IMG/VR virus record: IMGVR_UViG_3300037112_000155
Span: 1 to 64,000 of that record
DNA length: 64,000 bases
Direction: 5' to 3' (one strand)
Origin: an uncultured virus (IMG/VR IMGVR_UViG_3300037112_000155)
Lineage: Duplodnaviria > Heunggongvirae > Uroviricota > Caudoviricetes
Shown: positions 19,801 through 28,102 of the stretch, piece after piece
How the letters are laid out: the number at the start of each line of letters is the position of its first letter
Numbering within the stretch: the stretch's first letter is position 1
Made by a program: the position numbers and the translations under genes
The notes under the pieces: generated by a model
The model's input: only the letters and a program-made list of their open reading frames with translations
Database searches by the model: none
Told to the model about the DNA's origin: nothing

Positions 19801-21837
19801 CCCGTTGGGGAACACGGCGTTGCCGTACTCGAAGCCCAGTGGCGTGCCTTCGGGAATGGTCTCCCCGTTCAGCATGCCTTCGGTGAGCAGGCTCTCGTGC
19901 AGGCGCACCGAGCGGGTCTGGGTGAAGCCAGCGCCGATGCTGTTGCCCATGATTCTGGATCCATCTCCCAGATAGGAGAGCGATCGCATGGCCTCGTAGT
20001 TCTTGGGATTGGCCAGGAATGGCAGGAACTTGGTGTACATGGCCTCGGCTGCTTCCATACCAACACCCGCATCTCCTGCCATGAAGGTGATCATGCGTTC
20101 CCGAGCGCCAATCTTGCTCAAGGCGACATCGACAGACAGTTGTCGTGCCTCTTCTTCCAGGGCGGAGCTGCCTCCGAAACCGGCAGCTTCCATATAACCG
20201 AACTGCTGGTTGACGTCGTTCTCGATCGCCTTCCATTCCGGCATCTCGCTGAAGAAGGCATGCTGGCTGCCCGACACCTGGTAGGTCCGCATGGCAAACT
20301 CAGGAAGATCCACGGCGTTGGTGGCGGAGAAGCCTTCATGGCCGGGAGCTACCCAGGCGGAGACGCCCTTGTTGACGGCCTTGCCGCGCAGACTCTCCGC
20401 CTCACGCGAGTGCACGCCCTGGGGCTCGATCAACCGCAGTGAGCGTTCTTCATAGATGTCCAGACCCGTACCGCCTGACATCCGGACCAGGCCATCCGGC
20501 CCCTCGGTCTGATGTTTGATCGCGGCCATCATCTCTTCCGGACGAAGATCGGCAAATCCCTTTGCGCCTCGTTCGGTGGGAAATGAGTTCGGCAGATTGC
20601 CCATGACACCCTGCTTGCCAAAGAAGAACTTCTGGTTGCGCAATGCACCTGCATCGCCCTGAATGTTGAACTGAGCGCGCGCCAGCTCCTCGGCCACACT
20701 CGGCATGGCGGCGGGGCCGCTCTGCAGCCCGCGCAGGGCATAGACCTGGGAGGAGAGCCGGTCGTTGTGGGTGATGAAGAAGCGGGAGGCCCCGTGCCGG
20801 TCGAACCGGCTGCCCAGGCGCACGCCGCCGTCCGCATCAGCAAAAGGAATCGACAGCTCGCCCCGAACCATCAGGCCCTGGATGCGGTTGACTGCCTGGT
20901 TGCGATCAGGCAGAACCTGCAGTTCGAAGTCAGATCGTTTCCAGCCCGCACCCTGAGTGCCGAGCAGGGTCTCGATCTCGCTCATCTCATCCTGGAACGG
21001 CGAGTTCTTGAGCATCGCCATGCCCTGATCTGTATCCAGGCTGTAAGAGTGCACGTACTCGGCATTCGCATCGACCAGGGTGTCGATTGAGGGAATGGTG
21101 GCGCCGGATGTAGTTGCCTTGCGGGCTTCCTGCATTCGGTAGTTGACCTGTTTCAGCCAGTCCGGGTTCTTGGAGTAGGCGTCGAACAGGTCGTCGATCT
21201 CATTGAGCGACATCTTTGGTGCAACCGCCGTCAGGTCGTTCCAGGCAGCTTTCTCGCCGGCGCTTTCCTGGCTCAGCGTCGCGCGGTACAGCGCGTTCTC
21301 GAGCATGCGGTGCTTGGTGGGATCTTTGTACAGTTCGGAGAAGGTGCGGGATGCCGACAGGAACTGCCGGTCGATCTCGTCGGGACTGATCACGCTGGCG
21401 GCAATGTCACCGTGATAGCGCAGCAAACCTCGGTTGTAATCCGCGGAGGAGATGCGTCCGCCTTCGAAGGCCTGGCGCAGTTCGGATAGGTTCATTGCGC
21501 CGCTCTCGGCGTTGTAGACCCTGCTCTGAAAGCCGTAGTCGGTAGGAACCTGCTTGACCACGTCGATGAGGCGTTTACCTTCGCGCTGCAGCGTCGGGAA
21601 CAGCCGCGGCGCTACCATGGCGCCGGCGGCGATCAAGGGAGTGGTCATCGCAGCCGTCTGGAAGTAACCGCGCTCGTCATTCTTCAGGAACAACGGAGCT
21701 GCCAGCATGGCAATGCCCGCTCCCATACCCACCCTGGAGTGCAGCAGGCTGAGATTCGCCCATGCACGCACGCCGTCAACACCCTCATTGAGGGAGTTGA
21801 GGGCGGTTCGGGTCATCGATGGGAGGGGATTTGGCAT
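16888..21837 (-). CDS. putative single-chain two-barrel (DPBB) DNA-dependent RNA polymerase, probably virion-associated (1649 aa)
   Basis: Ordered motifs YLGDG, IPEGTPLG, GLKTHGYTK, MEGRA, YEIGVG, LLRHP, GDTDGDRM.AH, VGMLSN; hydrophobic helices near both ends. Confidence 0.75.
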   Translation of the reverse strand: MPNPLPSMTRTALNSLNEGVDGVRAWANLSLLHSRVGMGAGIAMLAAPLFLKNDERGYFQTAAMTTPLIAAGAMVAPRLFPTLQREGKRLIDVVKQVPTDYGFQSRVYNAESGAMNLSELRQAFEGGRISSADYNRGLLRYHGDIAASVISPDEIDRQFLSASRTFSELYKDPTKHRMLENALYRATLSQESAGEKAAWNDLTAVAPKMSLNEIDDLFDAYSKNPDWLKQVNYRMQEARKATTSGATIPSIDTLVDANAEYVHSYSLDTDQGMAMLKNSPFQDEMSEIETLLGTQGAGWKRSDFELQVLPDRNQAVNRIQGLMVRGELSIPFADADGGVRLGSRFDRHGASRFFITHNDRLSSQVYALRGLQSGPAAMPSVAEELARAQFNIQGDAGALRNQKFFFGKQGVMGNLPNSFPTERGAKGFADLRPEEMMAAIKHQTEGPDGLVRMSGGTGLDIYEERSLRLIEPQGVHSREAESLRGKAVNKGVSAWVAPGHEGFSATNAVDLPEFAMRTYQVSGSQHAFFSEMPEWKAIENDVNQQFGYMEAAGFGGSSALEEEARQLSVDVALSKIGARERMITFMAGDAGVGMEAAEAMYTKFLPFLANPKNYEAMRSLSYLGDGSRIMGNSIGAGFTQTRSVRLHESLLTEGMLNGETIPEGTPLGFEYGNAVFPNGERNKIVSHSSTFNEDGSMTFQIEENLGSQGLKTHGYTKQTTVLGLNDLTLDRVRRGTNAWHQATGSGGVVDERVAAFTLEGSNSAKAKNPLSIMENMLGATLGDVQQANGELPDFLNAGLKQLSPYGYSFENGGLLSDSSKFLSMEHAPANYSAVAEIMHGLMEQTGAAIKAEQIKLDASMRGYIDWSMKNSNGSYTDYKTRFGMPESLSVSDHMALNHAGEVRITRDALQQLNIMGYHEVAKEINGRLQTDGLPGMTQDFLKHIEKDGQDFSGQFGDTTVSLADAMGGSDLRLGTAAGRSGTIFDPKNPLAQKNYSVLANVEGKDYYIPALGREAFGGGANAYGTDGYSANTWEGQFKDVLQAAGGDKEPFEAKLKTYTDTVKQKVGMGKESVWRPSSVDPLGMEGRAASRASSLRYADGSVNPYEIGVGNRYLDLMAADDAAALRRGGSRASLLLRHPINAPAITVMKYDPRLDNTWDIGVDPLLQLIDKGDTDGDRMSAHLINGDHFTKEGFANFMKNEVHGSQSLQSSQVKFNRIFNGDEGPVSFKDWFAEAGEGARRRNGFATFAGVDVRRALMARTAGADVGMLSNTFELMETTIAHSNSIRMPAERLLAHQTLFDIVKQSSIAAQKLKKGDAVGDYTQLMAWNNKLRGSLADRSANGQQGFMKALMEGAEKFGKDVDINDEHVGMGLATQAELEAGSQINPYARLLEHKADLFERVHSSFDPRQADAHKLWTMSAADAEKFYGNVTGRMTDDMLPLIQAAANRGSASNLSAAVLGAENEANKVAQFAGKARRAAGGLVDAAGQSAEEVMRTARGAGVSKVLGIGMAAAAAGGLLLGSLHSPREGQALAPPSGNAQRPEERIGVEDRIPGEPEPGAMAPANPPRMVRSARQGVRTSVVAPMGRATQLEVHVKADDRSRAAEAARLAARLASGDGNSSTTINYRDTTRLDSLRTRDKVREAMNES

Positions 21838-21852
21838 GGGAGGGAGAGGGGT

Positions 21853-21976
21853 GGGCGGACGCTTCCGAGCGAGGTGGGGAGCACAGGTGAGGACGGTAGG
21901 GTGCTATCGCGGAAGTCCAGGTGAGTTACTCGTCCGCCCGGTGGGAGCCTTGGTGGCTAGAACAGCATCGCTGTTC
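21853..21976 (-). other. structured intergenic leader upstream of the RNAP gene
   Basis: GGGCGGACG/CGTCCGCCC 9-bp stem enclosing CTTCCG/CGGAAG and AGCAC/GTGCT stems; second hairpin GAACAGC-ATC-GCTGTTC. Confidence 0.55.
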
Positions 21977-21995
21977 CGCCGCATCTATCAAAGGT

Positions 21996-23066
21996 CTAAT
22001 CGATGATCCTGCTGAACTCGGCCCATTGCGGGTCCGAGAGCTGGCCGATTTCGTCACCGTTGTATTTCTCGTAGATGAAGCGAATGCCGGTGTAATCGAT
22101 CACCACCAGGTCGCCGTGTTCCACCTGGCCGCTGCGCATCAGAGCCGCCAGCTTGTCGGTAATGACCCGGCGGAGGACACGCTTCAGGGGACGGGCTCCA
22201 AACTTGATGTCAAAGCCGCGGCGGACCAGCTCCTGGCGGGCATCGTCCTGGATCTTGAACACGTACTGCGGACCGGGTTGCTTCGAGATCAGAAGCCTGC
22301 GGCGGATCTGGCACACCTGCATGTCGAAGATCAGGTCGATGGTCTCTTTGGACAGCGCCTCGAAGATCATGGTTTCGTCGATGCGGTTCAGGAACTTGAA
22401 CTTGAAATGCTCCTGCACTGCCTTGCGGATCGATGCTTCGTTCTGGTGGTTATGGGCGGCGACCTGGTCGGCCGTAAAGCCAAGCAGGCTGGACTTCGTG
22501 GAGGTCCCCAGGTTCGAGGTCATGACAAACAGGGTGTTGCGGAAGTTGACCAACTTGCCGCTGACCATGCCTTCGCCGTCATTGAATACGGCCAGCAGGT
22601 AGTCATAGAGGGCGCTATGAGCTTCCTCGATCTCGTCCAGCAGGACGACGCTGAGCTTCATCTTCGCCGTGTGATGGCGGTCCAGATTCTCCTGGGTCAA
22701 ATACGTCTCGATCGACTTGTCCTTGAAACCGATGTAGCCCGGAGGCGCTCCGACAATCCGCTGGGTCTGTTGGGACTCCTTGAAGTCCGCGCAGTTCATC
22801 CGAACATGCGCCTTGGGGTTGTCGTAGAGTATCTCGCACAGAGCTTCGATCAGACTGGTCTTGCCGGTCCCGGACGGGCCCAGGGCAAGCACCACGCCCA
22901 CAGGAGCATTGGGGTCGTTGTAGCCGGCAAAGTAGGTTTCGAGCAAGCCCACCAACTGTGAAATGGCCGGATCTTGACCAGCCACCCTTTCTTTCAGGCG
23001 ACGTTCAATCTCGCGGATATCAACGCTGTGCAGCTCGGGATCGAGGGTGATGCTGTGCGGTTGCAT
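21996..23066 (-). CDS. ClpA/ClpB-family AAA+ ATPase, NBD2-only (356 aa)
   Basis: VAGQDPAI, Walker A GPSGTGKT, pore loop GAPPGYIG, Walker B VVLLDEIE, MTSNLG, FLNRID, FGARPLKR. Confidence 0.92.
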   Translation of the reverse strand: MQPHSITLDPELHSVDIREIERRLKERVAGQDPAISQLVGLLETYFAGYNDPNAPVGVVLALGPSGTGKTSLIEALCEILYDNPKAHVRMNCADFKESQQTQRIVGAPPGYIGFKDKSIETYLTQENLDRHHTAKMKLSVVLLDEIEEAHSALYDYLLAVFNDGEGMVSGKLVNFRNTLFVMTSNLGTSTKSSLLGFTADQVAAHNHQNEASIRKAVQEHFKFKFLNRIDETMIFEALSKETIDLIFDMQVCQIRRRLLISKQPGPQYVFKIQDDARQELVRRGFDIKFGARPLKRVLRRVITDKLAALMRSGQVEHGDLVVIDYTGIRFIYEKYNGDEIGQLSDPQWAEFSRIID

Positions 23067-26000
23067 TACGTCTCCTGCGCATACTTGTCGGGGTTGCGGC
23101 GAATGTCTCTCACCAGTGCGTCGCTCTCGTCGACAGATACATCCACTCGAATGCTCGCGCGATTCGTGTGGCTTGCGTGTACCGCAGTTCGAACATCCGA
23201 TCTTGCGTCGTGTGAGGCTGTCATCAGCTGTTCGACCGCCCGCCGCAGCTGCTCTGGGGAACGATCGTCACCGCTGGTGAGTTCGCGGACAGCACCATCC
23301 ACATACGGCTTGCGCCACAGCATGGCTGCCCGGTCATCGAAGATATTGAAGTCATGGGAGTCGTACCCTTCCTGTTGAATCAGTTTCAGCTTGACGTCTT
23401 CATAATCCAAAGCTTCGTCGTATGCAGCTGATCCTTGTTCGGGAAGAGCAAACCCGGTGCGGGAGAAGAAGTCGGCGATCTCCTTGGATCGCAGCCAATT
23501 GCCGTAGTCCAGACTGGTGTCGGTTTTCTTGTAGTCCTCGACGTTGGCCTGGGTGTAGATCCGGCCGCCTTCGCCGATTGGGCCGGGGTCGTTCCCATTG
23601 GCTACCTGGATGCGAGCTTCCTGCGCGATCCACTGCGCGGAAAGGGCACGCTGCATCTCAGTCGAAGCCACTTCGAGAATCGAGGCCCGCTTCTCGGGAT
23701 CCGTCTCGTTGAGGAACTGGCGGAAGTAATGGGATTCGCGGGCAGGAAGGGTAGAAGCTACAAATGTCGACGCGGCAAACAGGTTGGCCCCGACAGAAGT
23801 CCTCTGCTTCTTATTAGTATAGGTCCCCGAGGTCTCCGCATTGAGTCCGCGGAGATATTGCATGGTGTCGCCCAGGGTGTTCAAATCCCGCCGAACCTGT
23901 ACATCCTCAGGAATGAGAGCTTTACCACTCATCCGCTGCCAGGCACCTCGCGCATAAGGCATGAGGAAGTCATGGATGGGCCGTTCCCATCGTCGCATGC
24001 GGGTGCCGACGACCTCGTTGGTCATGTACTGGGCAAGTGGCGTGCGCTCCTGCCAGGCCTTGGTGTGACCTGGTGTCGGGATGTAGCGCATTGGGTTGAG
24101 CCGACTGGAGTCCCCCTGGAAGGCGAGAGCTTCAGCGATCGAGCCAACTGTCTTGCCGGCGGCGCCGAACATCTCCTGCGCTTCAGCTCCGCCCAGATGC
24201 TCTTCATACTGGCCGTAGCCCTGGTCGATCAGTTCCCGGTTGAGGTTCTTGCCATCGACTTCGATGACGGCTCGTGCGCGCTCCGCCCGGCCGAGTGTTC
24301 CATCGGGGACCGTCAGGTGGGCTTTGGATCCAACCATCCCAGCCAGGTAGTCCTGCAGTTTCTGATGGCGCTCGTCAACCTGTCCGGCAACTTCCGCGCG
24401 GGTCAGATTGTTGTGCTCGCCGAGAATGCTCGCCGACATGCTGGCGGCGCTCATGCTCACGGACGAGAACTGGAAGACCTGGCCCGGATGTTCCTTGAGG
24501 GTGACTCCGCCGGGCGTCGCCGTTTCGATGGTGCCTTCAAGCTCAGCGACAGGTTCCGTGAAGCGGCGCGCATCCATCCGGATGACGGACTCCCTGGTCT
24601 GCCGGACGCGGTCGAGGATCTTCTCGTACTCGATACGCAGCTCGGTGTTGTCGGCGGAGTCGGCGCCCACCTTCGAACGGAAGATGTTGTACTCACGTGA
24701 GTATGGAGCCACGTCACCGAGGATGGCCAGCTTGTTGATGTCCGGGTAGTCTTCGGGCTTGAGGCCCTTCAACTCTGGATGCAGTGCCTCGTAGCCAGCG
24801 CCGGGCAGGCGGGCATAGCCCTCATCGACCTTGGTGAAGGGATCGCCGATGTGGAAGTTGGTGAGGTAGTCGGCACCGGGCAGCCAGCCTGGCATCTGGT
24901 TGCGCAGTGGGTTGGCCTGGGGAGAGAAGTCTTCCCGCTGCACGAAGCGGCGGAAGGGTTCGGTGTATCCGAAGTGCTCCCGCATCGAAGGTGACGGCGC
25001 GATGCCGGCGCCCAACTCCCGCTCGTAGTAGCGGCGGGAGAAGTTGTCCATCTGACGGGAGCCCTGGAAGTAGACGTTCTTACCCTGGTTGACTCCTGGG
25101 AAGATGGCCTGGTAGGCGCTGCTGGCAATGAATCCGTAGAGGCCGGTGTACTCGGCCAGGATGCCGACTTCCTGCTTGAGGGCATGTCTGAGGGTGAACT
25201 CGTCTTCCGGACGGGGCGGCGCGACCGCGCCTGGGCCCTTCGGTTCCAGACGGGTTGAGTAGAGGGTGTAATCCTCTCCATTCCAGTTCTCTTCATGCAT
25301 GCGCACAGGCGGTTTGACCAACTTGCCGACGGTCGCGGCGAGCAGCGGGCCGATCAAGGGAACATTGGAGAATGCTGGGGACGCAACCGGGTACGGCCGA
25401 TCGTAATAGTGCTGCTTCTCAAGCCAGTAAGGGTCGCGGGCATACTTCAGCGGATGCAGGATGGGATTGTGCTTCCACTTATCCTTCTCGGATCCGTAGA
25501 GCGAGATGTCTTCAGCATGACTCTTGCGCAGCACGCTCCAGTGGGGACGCCACTCCTTGATGCGTCCGCCTTCGTAGGGTGTTGAGCCGACTTCCCACCA
25601 GCGGCCGGACCTGATTGGAATCGGTTCGCTGCCGGAGTAGATGTCGCGCAGATCGGCGCCGCTCTTGCGGGACCCAAGCATGCCGGGAACGAACAGAGCC
25701 ATGGCAGCCAAGCCGATAGCGGCGCCCTTGCCTGGGGCTCCGAGAGACTTCCAGATGGCAGAAGCTCCTTCGACCGAGACTAGTTTGCCACCCTTGGCAG
25801 TGAAGTTGCGCAGGCCCTTCATCTCGGGGAGAATGCGGGCGCCAAGTGTCCGGGCCGCCTCGTCGGCATACTTGCCGCCGAGGAGTTTGCCATAGTGGTA
25901 GACGCCTCCAAAGAAAGCGCCGGCCAGGGGCAACGCCAACGGGCCGTACTGCGATCCCGGGGTGACCTTGTCGTAGAAGTCAGTGACGCCGCGGGCGCCG

Positions 26001-28099
26001 GGGACCATATCGGTCAGGTCGGCGCGCAGGACATTGGCCTTCAGGCCAAGATCGACGATCTTGTTGCTGGGATGCCCCAGCTTATAGTCCAGCCAGCCCA
26101 GCGCAGTGGCTGCAAGCACCAGAGGCGCGACGCGCTTGGTGAGCATCTGGTTGAGCATGCCGCCTTCCCCGACAAAGGGGAGATGAGCTGCTTTGTTCCA
26201 GGTACCTGCCTTCAGTCCGAACCCTGCTTCCGCGAAGAGTCTCTGGGTACGCTCGGTCGCCTCGAGCCCCTCTACCCGAAGACGGGTCCATGCATTGCGG
26301 GCCTGGGAGAACAGCTCGTCGGCAGGATCGGCGACATGCCCCTGGGTATAGAAAGGCCGATACAGCTTTTCAGCACTAGCGACTTCAGACCAGGGAGATG
26401 CATTCGAGATTCGCTGGGATCGGCGGACTGCCTGGAAATCACCCCAGGCCTGCTTGACTGAACTCTGAGCCTGCGACCTGCGAATCGGATGGTTGACCAA
26501 CGCCTGGTCAAGCCGCGCGGCGGTTCCCGCCAGACGTCCCTCGGACGGGACGAACCGGGTCTCGATGTCGATGCCGCGCCCCTGGAGTTGCAGGGATCCG
26601 GAGCCCGCCCGGCGGCGGCCTTCGAAGACCAGGGGATTGTCTTCGGTGACCTCATTCAGGAAATCAAACTTGTGTCCGGCTGCTGAGAACTGACGATCGA
26701 AGGTCTGGCCCACCTTATTGAGGGTGCCGTCGTCATTGGTCAGCATCCCGCGGGTGAATACCAGCTTGCTGGGCAGGTAGGACGAGAACCGTTCGCTGGC
26801 AGCGAAGGTGCGTCCCAGGTGCATGGGGGAATACTGCTCGAACTTGAGCGCAGCACCGTGGAGGCGCTTGGCATAGTTCGGGCTCGTCGCCAGCATGTAG
26901 CGATGGGCGCCGTAGAGCGCAGAGCCGGTGACGCCTACACCCAGTGCACGCACCAGGGGGTTGTAGGCGGCCTCAGACTCGAGCTGGAAGGGATTGGGGG
27001 AGGTGGAGAGGCCCTGGTAGCCAGAGCCGAAGTCCGTGAGTCTGTGGCGGCCCTGCGCGCCCATGCCGGTCTCGCCAAGACCTGTGATTTGGGTCTGGCG
27101 ATCGCGGCGGGTAGAGTGCGCAATCAGAGAGCCTACGGCGGCGGCGGCGGCGGCGGCGACGGCGGCGCCGATGAGGAACTTCTTCTCTCCGCCGGTGAAG
27201 AGAGAACGCGCTTCCGTTGCAGCTTCAGCCACGGTAGCCCGGAGCGGCGCGGCTTCGCGCGTGGCAGCGGCAGCCTGGCGGGGGAAGATCGAACGCAGTG
27301 ATTCCGGCGTGAAGGCCTTCCCCGAATCGATGTCCCCGAAGAACGCCACATTCCCGAGGGTGTCATCCAGGGCATTGTGGGCATTGGTGTTGCGATAGCC
27401 CATTGCCTCGGTGATGTTGGTCAGGTTGTGACCGGAGACCCACTTGGCCGAAGCCACGTCGGTCGCACCCTTCAAGTGATGGGCGGCAAAGTCTGCATCC
27501 TGGCGGGCAAACGCCGAGGCAGCTCCGAGCAGTTCGGCGTCGCTGTCCCGCAACATGAGACGGCCCGTGCGCACCTGGTCCGCCAGCCACCCGCGGCGAT
27601 TCCGCAGGGAGTCGTGCTGATAGGTGGCGTACTCGAGCCTCCACAAGTCATAAGACCCGATGTTGTGCCCACCGAGGACTGCCTTGCCATGGGACCGGAT
27701 CGAGTCCGAGATTCCCTGGTACAGTTGCTCGACGCGCTGGGCTTCATAGTTGCGGCCTCCCTGTGCCTTCGAGAGCAGGGAATGACGGAGGGCAAAGTCG
27801 CTCTCATCGTAGAGTGAATTCCCGATCGGCCGGTTGAACCGGCGCATCTCGTCGAACGGACGTACCCATCCTTCGTCGCCGCCTTGAAAGGCGCTGCCGG
27901 TTGCGTAGACCTGCAGAATCTGGGAACGCTGGTGAGCTTGGAAGAGGGGATGCTGTTGCAGACGGGAAGGGTCGGAACTAGTGCGGACGAATTCCTGAAT
28001 CAAGTCAGCGCCGCGGCCGTCTCCATTCAGAAACGAATTGGCCAGCCCCGTGTTGAAGGAGCTGGCCTCGAGATCGAATACGATGAATGGATTGGGCAC
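23066..28099 (-). CDS. giant tape-measure-position protein with N-terminal DEDDh exonuclease and degenerate SNase-like domain (1677 aa)
   Basis: FDLE / HNIGSYD / HNALDD Exo I-III motifs; several hydrophobic Gly/Ala helices; RAVIEVDGKNLNRELIDQGYG; follows the chaperone pair. Confidence 0.7.
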   Translation of the reverse strand: MPNPFIVFDLEASSFNTGLANSFLNGDGRGADLIQEFVRTSSDPSRLQQHPLFQAHQRSQILQVYATGSAFQGGDEGWVRPFDEMRRFNRPIGNSLYDESDFALRHSLLSKAQGGRNYEAQRVEQLYQGISDSIRSHGKAVLGGHNIGSYDLWRLEYATYQHDSLRNRRGWLADQVRTGRLMLRDSDAELLGAASAFARQDADFAAHHLKGATDVASAKWVSGHNLTNITEAMGYRNTNAHNALDDTLGNVAFFGDIDSGKAFTPESLRSIFPRQAAAATREAAPLRATVAEAATEARSLFTGGEKKFLIGAAVAAAAAAAVGSLIAHSTRRDRQTQITGLGETGMGAQGRHRLTDFGSGYQGLSTSPNPFQLESEAAYNPLVRALGVGVTGSALYGAHRYMLATSPNYAKRLHGAALKFEQYSPMHLGRTFAASERFSSYLPSKLVFTRGMLTNDDGTLNKVGQTFDRQFSAAGHKFDFLNEVTEDNPLVFEGRRRAGSGSLQLQGRGIDIETRFVPSEGRLAGTAARLDQALVNHPIRRSQAQSSVKQAWGDFQAVRRSQRISNASPWSEVASAEKLYRPFYTQGHVADPADELFSQARNAWTRLRVEGLEATERTQRLFAEAGFGLKAGTWNKAAHLPFVGEGGMLNQMLTKRVAPLVLAATALGWLDYKLGHPSNKIVDLGLKANVLRADLTDMVPGARGVTDFYDKVTPGSQYGPLALPLAGAFFGGVYHYGKLLGGKYADEAARTLGARILPEMKGLRNFTAKGGKLVSVEGASAIWKSLGAPGKGAAIGLAAMALFVPGMLGSRKSGADLRDIYSGSEPIPIRSGRWWEVGSTPYEGGRIKEWRPHWSVLRKSHAEDISLYGSEKDKWKHNPILHPLKYARDPYWLEKQHYYDRPYPVASPAFSNVPLIGPLLAATVGKLVKPPVRMHEENWNGEDYTLYSTRLEPKGPGAVAPPRPEDEFTLRHALKQEVGILAEYTGLYGFIASSAYQAIFPGVNQGKNVYFQGSRQMDNFSRRYYERELGAGIAPSPSMREHFGYTEPFRRFVQREDFSPQANPLRNQMPGWLPGADYLTNFHIGDPFTKVDEGYARLPGAGYEALHPELKGLKPEDYPDINKLAILGDVAPYSREYNIFRSKVGADSADNTELRIEYEKILDRVRQTRESVIRMDARRFTEPVAELEGTIETATPGGVTLKEHPGQVFQFSSVSMSAASMSASILGEHNNLTRAEVAGQVDERHQKLQDYLAGMVGSKAHLTVPDGTLGRAERARAVIEVDGKNLNRELIDQGYGQYEEHLGGAEAQEMFGAAGKTVGSIAEALAFQGDSSRLNPMRYIPTPGHTKAWQERTPLAQYMTNEVVGTRMRRWERPIHDFLMPYARGAWQRMSGKALIPEDVQVRRDLNTLGDTMQYLRGLNAETSGTYTNKKQRTSVGANLFAASTFVASTLPARESHYFRQFLNETDPEKRASILEVASTEMQRALSAQWIAQEARIQVANGNDPGPIGEGGRIYTQANVEDYKKTDTSLDYGNWLRSKEIADFFSRTGFALPEQGSAAYDEALDYEDVKLKLIQQEGYDSHDFNIFDDRAAMLWRKPYVDGAVRELTSGDDRSPEQLRRAVEQLMTASHDARSDVRTAVHASHTNRASIRVDVSVDESDALVRDIRRNPDKYAQET

Positions 28100-28102
28100 G
28101 GA

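Noticed and set aside
27136..27170. GCC/GGC triplet run
   Set aside because: Encodes the poly-Ala hydrophobic helix of the 1677-aa protein
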